Positions 13,401 through 25,800 of a stretch of 64,000 nt of DNA are shown here, piece after piece. The translations under genes and the position numbers were made by a program. The DNA comes from Klebsormidium nitens. Lineage: Eukaryota; Plantae; Klebsormidiophyceae. Each line of letters starts with the position of its first letter. The first letter of the stretch is position 1. The notes beneath the pieces were generated by a model. That model was not told the DNA's origin, searched no databases, and worked only from the letters and a program-made list of their open reading frames with translations. Location: positions 100-64,099 of the forward strand of contig DF237476.1 of assembly GCA_000708835.1 (NCBI GenBank), in the 5' to 3' direction.

Positions 13401-14620
13401 GGCGATCCATTGGACCACGGAAGGCCCCCCAGAGCCATCTTCGGCAGACCATTCGTTGGCAGGGAGGTGGCCCGCGAGTGCGGTCTGTACACACAGAGCG
13501 ATGCTGGACTCACTGCCTGTCGATGCAGGGATTGAGGTCAGGTGTTCCAATCAGTGGAGCACCCTCAAAAGCCAACAACCAACTAGTGCCTTACAAGCAA
13601 AAAGAGGGCAACTCAAAACTTTTGCTCCTCGCTTCGCAGTTTGACCGCAGCTCAGGTAGAAATGTTCAACTGGTCCTCAATTCAACATGTTACTCGGGCC
13701 AGCTTTGAAAGCACAAGCAGAGTTTATGATGCGATTTTTCGAGTGGCCCTTCTTGATCGTGCATAGGCCCAGCCCAAACCAGAAGCTTCCTCTGTCCTGG
13801 GTGCTTGAGAACCTCAATCAAGAAGCTTTTGAGGATTAAAGACAACGCCATACCAGGGCCAGCGCTAGCTGTGCGCGAACGGCCGGCGGCCCCGCCTGGT
13901 AGCGCCCGAGCAGCAGCACCAGAGACTTGCGCAGCTGGTTTGCCGCTCCGGGGGGCAGCTCCTCGAAGTCCCGCTGGATCTTGGTGCGCAAGGTCTGTGC
14001 GCAGAAGTACTGCGCCTCCAGCGAGCTGGACGGGTCATGCAGAATCTGGTCTGACACTGCCCAGGCCTCCACAGTCTGCGAACCAGGGGGACAGGGAGAC
14101 GGTGTCAGGAGCAGAATGGCGCTGCGGTGGTGGTACTTTGAAAAGAATCACTTCTACGTAGTTGGCATCAGACAAGTGCGATGCTTCAGACAATAGAAAC
14201 GTAAGGCTTTGTGATCAAGGCTTGATGCACTTTAAGAAGACATGGCCAAATTGGAAGATACTCACTGAAGTGTATCGGCTCTTGATGCTACCGACCCACA
14301 TTTTTGCCATCGTCTTCGATTGCAAACTTTTCCGCAAAGTATGCTACTATGTTGATCGAACCGTGGCATTGGGAATCATAGGGTCCCATTCAAGCAGTCC
14401 TGTCCCATTCAAGCAGTCCTATCCTTTGAAGTTGCACCATAATCCTCGACCTCAAACCCTTTTGGCATACAACACGCGAATTGTACAAAAGGACAAAGCG
14501 CTTGCGCACCTGCTGGAAGTCCTCCAGCCATCTGCTGGCGGCATCCTTGACCGCCTGCTCCGGGTGGTGGTACAGCGCCTGCAGCGCCTCCAGAAGGACT
14601 GGCGCCACGCCCGGCGTCAT
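7472..14620 (-). CDS. MOS14: Transportin-3 / MOS14 (importin-beta family, SR-protein import receptor), 12 exons, ~1009 aa
   Basis: Exons: 14510-14620, 13854-14075, 13182-13484, 12638-12838, 12071-12316, 11388-11596, 10071-10989, 9414-9533, 9022-9114, 8540-8685, 8020-8197, 7472-7753. All GT-AG, phases consistent, total 3030 nt. Motifs: 'EALQALYHHP..AASRWLEDFQ', 'EAQYFCAQTLRTKIQRDF', 'FNFWHKL', 'HPDLADDCFLLAGRCLRYCP', 'ELSDVCRRN'. Confidence 0.95.
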
Positions 14621-17028
14621 GCTGCTCGCCTCCAGACAATTTGCTGACTCTGTGATACGAACAAATCCTAGTTCGATTACCTTGAAGGTTGCGTGCATTA
14701 GGAGAGACGCATTGAACTTGTATGAGATGAGTGGTTTCAAGGGTTTATGCAGCGGAGCAGCCGGGTTTCTGCACAAAGCAAACAAATGCACGTCCTTTCC
14801 AAAAATCAAAACAAAGACTTCTGAGACCACGTTGGGTTAGCTCCTTTCAATGCAAGCCTGGCAAGGATGACGAGGGGCCAGAGATGACACCTGGAAAACC
14901 TGTTTTATTAAAGGTGGCTCGACTCAAAAAGGTGGAATCCATATGAGAGATTGTTAGGTACAATCAGAACACCGCTTCGATGTACGACAGGGACACTGGA
15001 AAACGCGATTGGTAGTCTCATGAGATTCCACGTGGTTGATTATGGAAAGGTAGGTACCTTGTGGCGGTTGTAGAAACCAGCCCGCGGTTCAAAAACTTCT
15101 TCCAACGTTGCTGGTGCTGCCACTACGCATACACAACGATCACATGAAGCCAGATAGCAGAGTCCCCGCTCAAAGATGAGGCCAGATCAGTTGTGAAATG
15201 TAGCTTCTCAAACAAGGCTACAAGCCTTCTTCGGAGTCGTCAAACCCAACAAAAGCAACATGAAAGTATAAATCAGCCTAGCTAGCTAGCTGATATTAGC
15301 TGCCAGAGCGCATGCCGCTTGGCAGCGCGGCACGTACCGCGCGCGGCCAACTTCGGGGCGGCCGCTTTAGTTGCGCGCGCGCCCGCCTCATTCGAGAGTC
15401 GAGATTCGAGACTCGAGAAATTTCCCACTCCTACTAGATAGGTAGGCCGGCCAGCTGGCACCAGGCAGTGCCCACGTAACCGTACTGTAACCGACTTTTG
15501 TACGGTTAACGGATTTTTAGGCCCCCCGCGAGACCTGGCAGGCTGGCACGCGGCAGCGTCCCTTGAGCGGATCAAGCTCCGGGCGCCAGCCAAATCATTG
15601 CCCCGCGTGTGATGATGTCAAACTGTCCAAGCCTTGCGCATCTGTCTACCAAATGGACGATCGGACGGCTCTGACACATCGCGGATCACAGAGCTGGCAG
15701 CCATTGTACGGAATGATGCGTCGGAAACGGCGTCGGGACTCGGGAATCGGTCGGCGATCATGCATGCTAGCTATAGGCTTCAGTTCTGTCCGAGCACTGG
15801 CGCATTGCAGTTGAACTCTTTCCAGTCTGTCGAGCGCTGAGCCGCCATGCAAGCCTTGAATCAAGCTCAGCTCTGTTGTGTCAGCGCTTGTCTCCATATT
15901 GCATGGCCGCAAGCGACGCTCGGAGTCGAACTGAGGGAGGCCTCCGGAAGGCTCCACCAGCTTTGTCTCACGAGGCGCTTTGATACTCAAAACCAAGCTC
16001 GTTTTCTCATTTGCATTCGCTGGTTTGATTGGTGATTATGGTGGTCACATTGGCTATCCCTCCCATATGCTGACGCCTGCTCTAGTGCTTGTTACAATCT
16101 GCACCAACTGGCATTCCGTAGACAGCCCACTAGAGCACAAGCTGGCAGGGGAAAATAGTTGCAGAGCAGATTTGCCTTTCCAGTGACATTCACTGGCATA
16201 AAAGACGTGAGTAAGAGGTAGGTGCAAAACATGCAAAGCAACTGCCGAAGTGGAAAATTGTAGGGGAAGTTGTAGACGTTGCATTGAGCTCAGCTGCCTT
16301 ATACTGATGCTGTACTTATTGTCAATTCTTAGGGCTGCAGCTTGTAAGCGAAATACTCTGATGGCAAAACTGGGTGGTGTATCAGCGACCTGTGAGGGAC
16401 TTGATGAATTGTCAGGACATCCTTTGAATGTATCAAAACTCTTTGGTACGGTGTTAGAGGTGGTACGACTTACCAACTAATTAAAGCGAGGCCTGGCTAT
16501 TTGTTGGCTGAAGGCATTGGCACAGTTGGGTGGTGGTTGCTTGGTTGTGAGTTTTCTGTGTTCCTTTTACTGAAAGATTCCAGAATTGCGGGATATCACT
16601 TGTCTGGTGTACCCCGTTCAGTCTAAGAGGCCTGCATGTTAAATCTCTCCACCAAACTATTGCTGAACAGGCACCAAAAGATTGGCTGCCTTACAAATGA
16701 GAGTCAGAAGACAATGCAACCAGCAAAAAGTTAGACAGCTTGCACATGCACAGACTGCCACCAATCTGGCTGTTCAATGAAACTTGAACCCCTGGAAAGC
16801 GTCCTGAGTTTCGATTCAAAGAAAGCTCCTGGCAGCTGACATGCCCACCATAATCGTCCTATTGATTCCAATGACCATCCTGCTGTCAGAAGGTAGTCTG
16901 GCTTGCCTGCCTTACCTACAGTAGGCTTCTGAGAGCTCACCTGATCACCTCTACAGGTCCCAAGTCAGGTCTCGTTTCCTGCAATCCTCTGCAGTCTTGG
17001 TCAATTGTGGTGACATCTTAGTTCCTAG

Positions 17029-17768
17029 TGCAGGTTGTGCTACACCGTGTCCTTATGGCGCCCACACCTGATTCCGTGTCTTCTGAGAAAACGTACCCCG
17101 CCCCCGCGGTATGCGTCGACAGCAAGGGCCGCGACACTCCCTTCACGCCAGTACAAACCTCCGGGCCGTTCTACCCCCTCCATATGAGCCATGAAGACGT
17201 GGACAATGACCTCACCATCACGCACAGAGGCGCCCCGCGCGCGCTCGGCCAAGTGATCTACATCCGGGGACGGGTGACGGACCATGCCGGGCGGCCGGTC
17301 GCGGGCGCGCGGATTGAGGTGTGGCAAGCGTGCGCGAGCGGGAAGTATAATCACCCGGGAGACGACAATCCGCTTCCGTTGGACCCCAATTTCAAGTACT
17401 TTGGCCGTGCGAGCAGCGACGAGCACGGGCGGTACGTGTTCAAGTCCGTCAAGCCGAGCGCGTACGCGCCGAGCCCCGAGGGCGAGTACGGGTACCTTGC
17501 AAAGGACCCCGCGGAGGTGCGTCCCGCGCACGTCCACTTCAAGGTGTACAAGGACGGGTACAAGACGCTGATCACGCAAATGTACTTTGAGGGGGATCCC
17601 TTCCTGAAGACGGACCGGATCGTGCAGGCGCTGGCCCCCGAGAAGAGAGGGCTGGTCATCATTGCGGCGGAGTGGCCGCAGCCGCAGGACGAGCCGGCGT
17701 CACACAGCTACGCGTTCAACATCGTGATGGAGCAGCAAGACATGCCGGACGGCGCGGCCGGGGCGTGA
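17029..17768 (+). CDS. Intradiol ring-cleavage dioxygenase (protocatechuate 3,4-dioxygenase beta / PcaH-like); 5' end uncertain
   Basis: Uninterrupted coding block with 'TSGPFYP', 'DNDLT', 'GRVTD..GRPVAGARIEVWQACASGKYNHP', 'KPSAY', 'RPAHVHF', 'LITQMYFEGDP'. The two Tyr and two His Fe(III) ligands and the Arg are present. In-frame ATG at 17055; candidate acceptors end at 17028 and 17033; stop at 17766-17768. Confidence 0.92.
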
Positions 17769-19845
17769 GGGACGGGAGTTGCTGTTGTGAGAGGAACCGT
17801 GTAAGGTTGGTTGCATGGAACTTTTAGTCGTGGATGGTTGCGCAAGCAGAAGCTATAGGCGCTAGTCAAAGCTGCATTTGAGGAAGACGCATTCCGATCA
17901 TAGCGTTTTTGTAATTAAGGCTAGATAGGCCGGCTGCAGTAGAGTGGAAGTCAAGAGTCAGTGTCTGATACCATAGAAGGCCCGGTTGCGAGTGAGCATC
18001 TGGGCAAGGTCCTTGCAATATAACCTAGCTTGCTATGTTTCTGAACGCTGTACAGTATATCAAGTATACAAAGCATAGAAAGTATATATAAAGCATAGAT
18101 TGGCACTGAGGCCCTTAGTAGAGGTTGTATAGTGATCTGCATAGTCGACAGTCAAAACGCCAAATTTCGGTGACGGTATACTCACCAAGGAAGTGAGAGC
18201 AGCTGCTTAGGATCGAACAGGCATGACCAATATTACGCCAGCGGTACAAGAATCAGTCATTGAAATGTATATCATTCTGGAGCGCATCCAGGCCAACTGC
18301 ACTTTATCACAATAAGTTTCCTGAATTTTGTAGATGCGGCCGGATTAGTTCGAGCCGTTGGCGGGCTAGCACCACTTTCGAAATTGTCAAGGCTTTGACA
18401 CTAGTCGGATGCCAGCACAGTATCAAGCTAGCCAGGCTCCTGTATATTAATTGGTGGATCAAATGATGATCGCGGATGTGGTTATGTACGTCCCGCAGAA
18501 GGGGCTCCGGCCGGCCGCGCCGCGCGGCGGCCATGCGTTATGCAGCACAACACACCGTGTTGCTCAGCTTCAAAATTCCGCAGTACGGTCTCTCAGTGGT
18601 CAACGCTTCAACCTCGAGACGAAGTGCAACAGACAGGAAATTTGCAGCGCAATCTGGCCTGCCGCGCCACATGTGCAGTAGTTGCTTATTTTAGTGCAAA
18701 AATTAAGAGTGATGTCTATCTAAGAACTCTCCCATGACAAACCATCTCGCACGATAGATACCGTCCCGGGAGCGGTTAATGCATGCATGCCATTGATCTT
18801 TGTTTACAACTTTGGTTCCGGGCGGCGCCGACTCACTGAAGGCTTATATGGACGTACGGCCTCCACCACGGTGCAGCTGCCGTCTGAAGAACAAAACTCT
18901 TACCATATTCACGTCATGAAGCTGCATGCAGTATACTCATGTGCAATGACTAGCTGCATGTGATGGCCAAAGCTGTACTAAGCGGCCGACGTACTGGATC
19001 ATAAATATATACGTAATGTACGCTAAGTTAAATGGTCATGCACTCCGATTGAACATGGTCCGTAGCCGCCTACGTTTAAGGCAACAATCAACCGACGGTC
19101 GAATGCAGTGCGTAATGATTTACTTCAATCGATCGATCGGAATTGTATATACTTAGCTTTGCCACGTAAAGGACCCATACTATGATATCAACGATGATCG
19201 ACGTAATTAATTGGCCATGTGCGCCATGATGAATTACTGAGAGCTGCATCCAATTGCCAATGTATTGCAAATTAATACACATGCAATGATTGCATGACAT
19301 ATTTACAGCCTGCAACTTCATCGTATACTGGACGGTCACCGGCACCATATGCCAACCGTATGTGCAGACTATAAGTGCAGTGGATAGTTTGCCCGTGCAC
19401 CAACATGCAAACATTGATTTAAGGAGCGAAACCTTCCATGTCAAATCGACTTTCAAGCCGCCGCTCATGTTGGTGAGTTCAGCTGAATGGCTTATGCCAG
19501 GACTCAGGTCATTTAAGGGTCCAAGCACGATTGCACTGCATGCCCAGCCGCAGTTTTGCTCGGCTCTTCAAGTTCGAGCTCGAACCTACACATGAAATCT
19601 TCAAGATGACACAGATATCCTCACCGAGCGACTGCAATGTTAGTACAAAAGGCAAGAATCCGCAGCAACAACTCGCGAACCGTACTCATAGACGGGCGTT
19701 TCAATTGCATAGGATGTAACTTCGGAGTTCAAAGAAGTACCAAACCTAACCGGAAGCAGGTACTTTGACGGCAGTCTCGACCACCCTCAAGACATTACAA
19801 AGACAAAATTGGGCCCCGCTCCAATTTACACGGAATATGCACCAC

Positions 19846-22800
19846 CTACTGCCGCGGCGTCGCCCGCCCTTTCTTCCGCCCCGGCCGCCCCTTCGGCGAC
19901 GTCATCAACCCGCTACCGGCAATGTTGCTCACGCTCGCCAACGTCTGTGGCCCCTCCCCCATCCGGTAACTATCCAGCCCCTCGACATCGACTCGCAGGT
20001 CCCGGGGGCGCGGCCGCGAGACTTTGTACCCCTCGAAGAACGGCCCATGCACCGGGTCAAAGTCGACGTCATCCTCGTCGTCATCCAACGACAGGGCGCT
20101 TACACTGCACGCCCCAGTCCCCTTCCGGCGCGCCCTCGCGCCAGCACCATCCCGGCTTCCTCCCCCCTCCATGTTTAACCTACTCGCCGCTTCGAGCTCT
20201 TCCATGGGCCAGATGTCGAGTCCCTGCTGCCCAATATCCTGACCCCACACCCGCTTTTCCTTCCATAGCTGCCGTTCCCTTTCCAGCAACGCCGGCAAGT
20301 CGATTGACAGCAGCGGATCGGCGGCCTCCAGACTGTATGCCGCATGCGCTTCCGCCCCTTCGTTTGCGGCCTTCTCCGCCCCCCCCAAGAGAGCATCCGG
20401 GATGCCGTCCGCTTCCGGAATCCCCGCCAACTCCTCCGCGCTCCGAATATCCGCCGGGGTCGTAAGAACGACCAGTTCTCGATCCAGCTCATCCTCCTCC
20501 ATCTCGTCCCCGCTTCCCACGTCCACGTGAAGCCCTTTAGGGCGTCCCGACTCTCCCCCCCCCTCCTCCGCCCCCTCAACGGGCCCCCCCAGGGCTGCCG
20601 TTTCTGCCGGCGCACCCCCCGAAGCTTGCCCCGACTTCGGCCGGCCTCGCGCCCCCTTCGCCGACCCCCCCCGGCCCCTCCCCTTCGCCTGAGGTAGGCT
20701 TTTCTGCTCCACGGACGGCTCTGCCGGGGGCGGCGGCGGTTCCGTCGTAGGTGCTGCCCGAGCGGCAAGCTCCTTTTCGTACAGCTCTTGGCACTCCGCC
20801 AGCGCGTGAGCGGCGCGGATCATGGCGGCGTCAGCCACGGCCGCCATGAACTGGGCGTGCGTGCGCAGCTCCCGCGCATGGGCCACCGCACGAGCAGCGA
20901 TCTGCGCGATCGTTTCTTTCTTGGGGCTGTAGGTTTGGATGCGCTTGCGCTTGCGGGGTCGCCGCCCGTCGGTGGGGAAGTGCCTGAGATGACGTAAACG
21001 AGAAGCAGTCAGAGAGAGAGACACAAGAAAAGGTTTCATGCAGGTGCAAGAAACTGAGGGCCTGCCGAGGGGCGATAGTGCAGAACCTCCACCCTCTTAC
21101 ATGCAGCGCAAGTCGGCTTCAGAGGTGAGCGCAAGCAGCTTGTTTCATCAAAAGGCTGACACAATGTTCAGAAACGAAATGGGACCGCTCTACTCGAACG
21201 ATTCTCAGCAGTACGAACTTACTTCAAGCATCGTGGTTCGCACAGCCTCTTGCCAAAGCACACCGGCACAGCGCGCTCCACAGCACGTTGCTACCAACCA
21301 GCCCGATCTCACAAAGCGTAAGTTCGCCTGTGTCTAACCAACATTACATTGTCAAACTCACAGAGTATCTTTTCTGAATCATAACCTCCCACTCTCGTGT
21401 CTTACCTGGGAAACTTCCCCTGCGCCGCCCGCAGCGCCGCTTGCTTTGCCGCCTTTGCCGCCCTTGCCGCAGCCGTCCTGGCCTTGATTCCGACTCCCCC
21501 TGGCATGCTGCGGGCCATTTTGCGGGCCGCACTGCTCCCGGACAGGGCCTCGGGACTCCACGGCGCTTGGTAGAGGCCCTCGCTGGGCACCTCGGAAGCG
21601 AAGGGGTCGGCAAGGCGCGAGCGCTTTGAGGGCCCTAAGGGGCCGAGGGCGCTGCGCTTACGGGTCGCTTCGTGGGCGAGGTAGTCGTCGAAGCCTGGGG
21701 GAAATAAGTGGTTGGTTTAGTGAACAGGAGCTTTTGCCGGCAGTCGTATTGCGCTTTGCGCTTGTCGGCCATCGGTAGATTGGGCACACGTTGTGCCTTG
21801 GAAAATTAGTTGAAGTTTGACCCGGTCGTCTAAACAGCCGACTGTTGACATGATTATGCGAATGAACTGAGGCCCTCGTCGGCAAGCCGTTGACACTCCC
21901 GTCAACTGACTTACTGGTGTCAAAGTAAGCACAGAGCCAAGTCTCCGAGTGGGCAGAGCCTCTGCTTACTCAGCAAAAGCTTCCTCTTTAACCGGCCCAT
22001 GAGACACACCTACTCTTCCAACGTCGGAATGCTCCATTATCCTCCAGATCACAGAAAAAAAAGCTCTATCCATCAAAAGGACCAATCTAGCAGACTCCTT
22101 ACCGAGCCCTTCTTCTTCCATGTAGCCTTCCCCTTGGCCGCCCTCGTCCCCCACGCCAAACTCGCCCCCGCTGACTGGTGTGAACTCGCGCCCCGGACTG
22201 GGGGTGTGCAGCGACCCCAGGGGGCGGTACTGGGGGGACCAAAGGGGGCCCAACCGGCTGGCCGAGGCGGCAGAGGACGCCTTGCCGCGCACGGCCTTCT
22301 TGCCTGCAAACAGCAAGTGCACGTCTAAAAGCCCGCCCTTGAGCATCAAGATATCACTGGTCATGCAATAGGCATGGTTTTGAGAAGCAGAATCCGCATC
22401 CCTTGAGCAGCCCAGTGTCTGCTGGATGCTCCAGAGGAATCAAATCTCGTTCGGAACAATTGCTGGCATCTGCTTGGTGGTCCGCTGCACAGGCACCTTT
22501 GCAGCTACATTGCAATGGCCATGAGGTGCTAACGGACACACAGGATTACCAGACTCTCGTCGCAATCATTTAAGAAGCACCACTGATAAGTTGATGAACG
22601 CAAAGCAGACTGTGGCGCATGTCACTGAAGACCCCAGCCGTGCCCACTCACCAAACCTGCGTTTGAGGCTGGTCCTGGGCCGCCCAGGGCTGTTCCCCGT
22701 CTTGCGCTGCAGGCGGCGCTGCTCCTTGCTGTACGACGTGGGCCGCAGCGAGAACGCGTCAAGGGGGGGTTTCTTGGTGGCTACAAACGGGCGGCCCTCG

Positions 22801-25800
22801 CGCTGGCACGCTGCACGGCGGGCAGCTTCGCTCTCCTGCCACTCCTTCACGAGCTGCTGGTAGCGAGACCAGGGGGTGGGCTGCGAGGGGAAACGGTGGG
22901 GGGTGTGTGAGAGCAACCCACAGAACGAAAGCTCAAAGAGGTTTGACGGGGGAAGTATAGCTTGGTGCACCCATTACAGAAAGTTGCCAGGTTAGAGGTA
23001 TGGGGGATGTTTGCAGTACTCGCGCACTTCAGCAACGCAACCATCGAGATATTGGCTTGGTTGGCATAGCAGGTATCAAGAAGCAAAGCGAGCGCTGACG
23101 CAAGGAGTAAGGGGAACACAACCGATTGGGCTGCGCGTTCAAGGACAGCTGGCACTCTTTTTAACGTCTGTCATGCATCTAATGACCCCAACAGAAGCCA
23201 TACGCTGAAGAATCAACCTTCTAGTGTACGGATGAGGGACAGCTGCCCAGGTCCATTCCCCAGCAAGCATTGCCCGCATCAAAGCAAGGCCAGTGACAAA
23301 CAACAGGTGAGCACCGCCCTACCTGGAAGTAACGGATGAGCGCCTTCCCCAGCTTCTGCCTCCTGCCCCGCCAATGCGCATACACCGTCCTCACCAGGTC
23401 CCCAGGCGCCAGCCCCTCGCACGCCCGGTACCCCTCCTGCTTTGACACCACAACTCCCGCCAGAGCCGACGCCTTTTCTAGCTTGTCCACGATGCGCTCC
23501 AGAGTGTCAACGTCGATCGCCTGGCTGCACGGCTGCAGACTCAGCGCCTCCCAGTCCTCCTCCACGAGGCCCCGTTCTGCCGGCGACCGCTCTTCCGCCG
23601 CTGCCTTCTCTGCACCGGGCCCTCCTTCCACAGGGCCTTCCGACTTTGGTACCAAGAGGCCCTGTGAAGCTGGCGGAAAAGGGCCCCCTGCGGCTGTGCT
23701 TCTGCCATCTGCCCCGCCATCGACAAGGCCTTCCAGCTTCGAGACCTGGGGGCCCTGTCCCGCCGGAGGTCGCTCCTCTGCCGCTGCCTCCTGCCCACCA
23801 GCCCCGCCTCCAACAAGGCCTTTTGGATTCAGGCCCTGCTCAACCGGCTGCTGCTCCCCTGCTGGTGCTATCTCCACATCGAACTGCCCTTCTACAGGGC
23901 CTCCTGATTGCGCAATCGCAAGAGGGGGAGCGTCGATGTGTGGCACCGGAGCTGAAGGTGCTGCTTCTGTGCTCAAGCCTTCTGCTGACAACGCATCAGG
24001 CTTCTTGTCAGCAAGCAACCTCTCGCCGACAGCCACCTCAGCGCCCGCCGTCTGCTCTTCAGCGGACATCCTTTCTATCTTTTCGAGGGACTCAAGGTGC
24101 CCCGTGTCTGCCGGCGCCTCGCTTGACACCAGCCCAGACACACCAGCAAGCTCTGCCCGCTCAGGGGGAGCTGTGTCACAGCCCCCAATGCTAGACGCCA
24201 GAGCCCCCAGCTCCGCTCCTGCCCCTTCCACCTGATTTCCAGTCCCTACTCCTGGCATGACCTCCGAGCTCACTGTTCGATCCGCACCCTCCGCATCGTT
24301 TCCAGGCGCGCTCTCCTGGCCCGTATCCCATAGAAGACAACCCATCATTTCGCCCAGCACAGCATCGCCCCCCACTAGATCATCAGTCTCCCCGCTGCCC
24401 CCCTCCAAAACAACGCTGGGAGGCCTAACTTCTGCCCCCACACCCCCAAGCCAATCCTCCGACACCGGTGCAGCGACAAAGCCACTGGCAGCGCTCGCAC
24501 GGTTTACCTCTTCTAGCCACTCCTCATCCTCACTGTCCGCGTCGTACAGAACAGTTGCCGACTTTCGCGCCAGGCTCGCATCGTCCTCCGCATGCTTGAT
24601 GTACGCCCCTTCTCCCCGCACGTCTGCCCCAGGGGGGTAGTTTGCCTCGTAGTTCTCCACTTCGACCACCCCCGGGATCGGGATCTTCTTGCTCCGCGCC
24701 GCCTTGCGCACCTTCACCAGGACCTGGTCATGCAAGTCCTTGAACCGGTGCCAATCGATCCGCGCGTTGAACACCAGCGACCAATGCGGCCCCTCAGGCT
24801 TCTCGCTCGCGCTCCAAACCACCGCGCCAGTCATTGGCACAATCCGCCCCTCAGGCCCATACCTCTCCGGCAGATACGTCTTCACTACTTCCCCCCCCCT
24901 CAGCACAGCCAGCCGCCAGCCCCCCGCCCCGTCTTCTTGCTCCTCCACGATGACATCGTCACCCAGACCCTCCCCGCCTTCTTTCAAGAGGAGCACCGCA
25001 CTGCACGGCCCTTCGAGATCCTCGTACTCCTCCTCGTATCCGTCCCAGCTCTCGTCCGGCCCCTCCGCAGCCCCGAGCGCCAACACCCCGACATTGACCC
25101 CCCCCTCTGCCGGGCTCATGCTGCGCTTCCCTGGCGGCCGGCCAACCTTCCGCCGTGGCTCTCCCTCCACGTAATCCCTCGGAGTCCGCTTCCGCTTGCT
25201 GCTTTGCGCAAACAGCCCAGTCTCCGGGTCCAGCCCCCGCTTCTTCTTCTTCCCTTTCGTGCGGACCTTCTTCACGCCCTGCGGCGGCTCCCACTGGTTG
25301 CCCCCCTGAGGCAGAAGTGGAGGTGCGCTCTCCGACTTGGCGCTCGTGCTCGGCCCCGCCATATCAGCCGAGGGTGCTGGCGGCGAAGGCGGCCCCGGTT
25401 CGGGGGGGAGCAGTTCCCACTGTGAGCGGTCCGTCACAGAGCGCTTCAGCTTGAGGAGATAAGTCATGGGAGCGGTGCGCGACAGCGTGCCCCCATCTTG
25501 CACCTCCCGCTTCCGCGGCTTGCTCCGCTTCTTCTTGCTCTGGTAGTACACGTTCGGGCCAGAAAGCAGCATCCCAGGGTGTGCGTCCGGCACCCGGGGG
25601 GGCAGCACCGGGGGAGCATCAGCCCCTCCTGAGCCGTGCATTTCTGCAGGAACGCCGTCACCCCCCTGAGGGCGCACCTCAATGGTCTCTGGCTGCTGCC
25701 TGATGACTGTCACGCCCGCAGTAAGCCCAGGCAATGCTGCTGCAGAAGGCCCCCTGGGGAGAGAAGGCTGGCCGGGGGAGACCGCTATTTGCTGCGAAAC

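Noticed and set aside
17029-17768. High GC as evidence of foreign origin for the dioxygenase
   Set aside because: Native exons here (MOS14 exon 7, GH31) are similarly GC-rich, so composition is uninformative.
23336-25425. Long plus-strand ORFs (299, 250, 277 aa) antisense to the EPL1 gene
   Set aside because: Shadow ORFs typical of GC-rich coding sequence; low complexity and no recognisable motifs.
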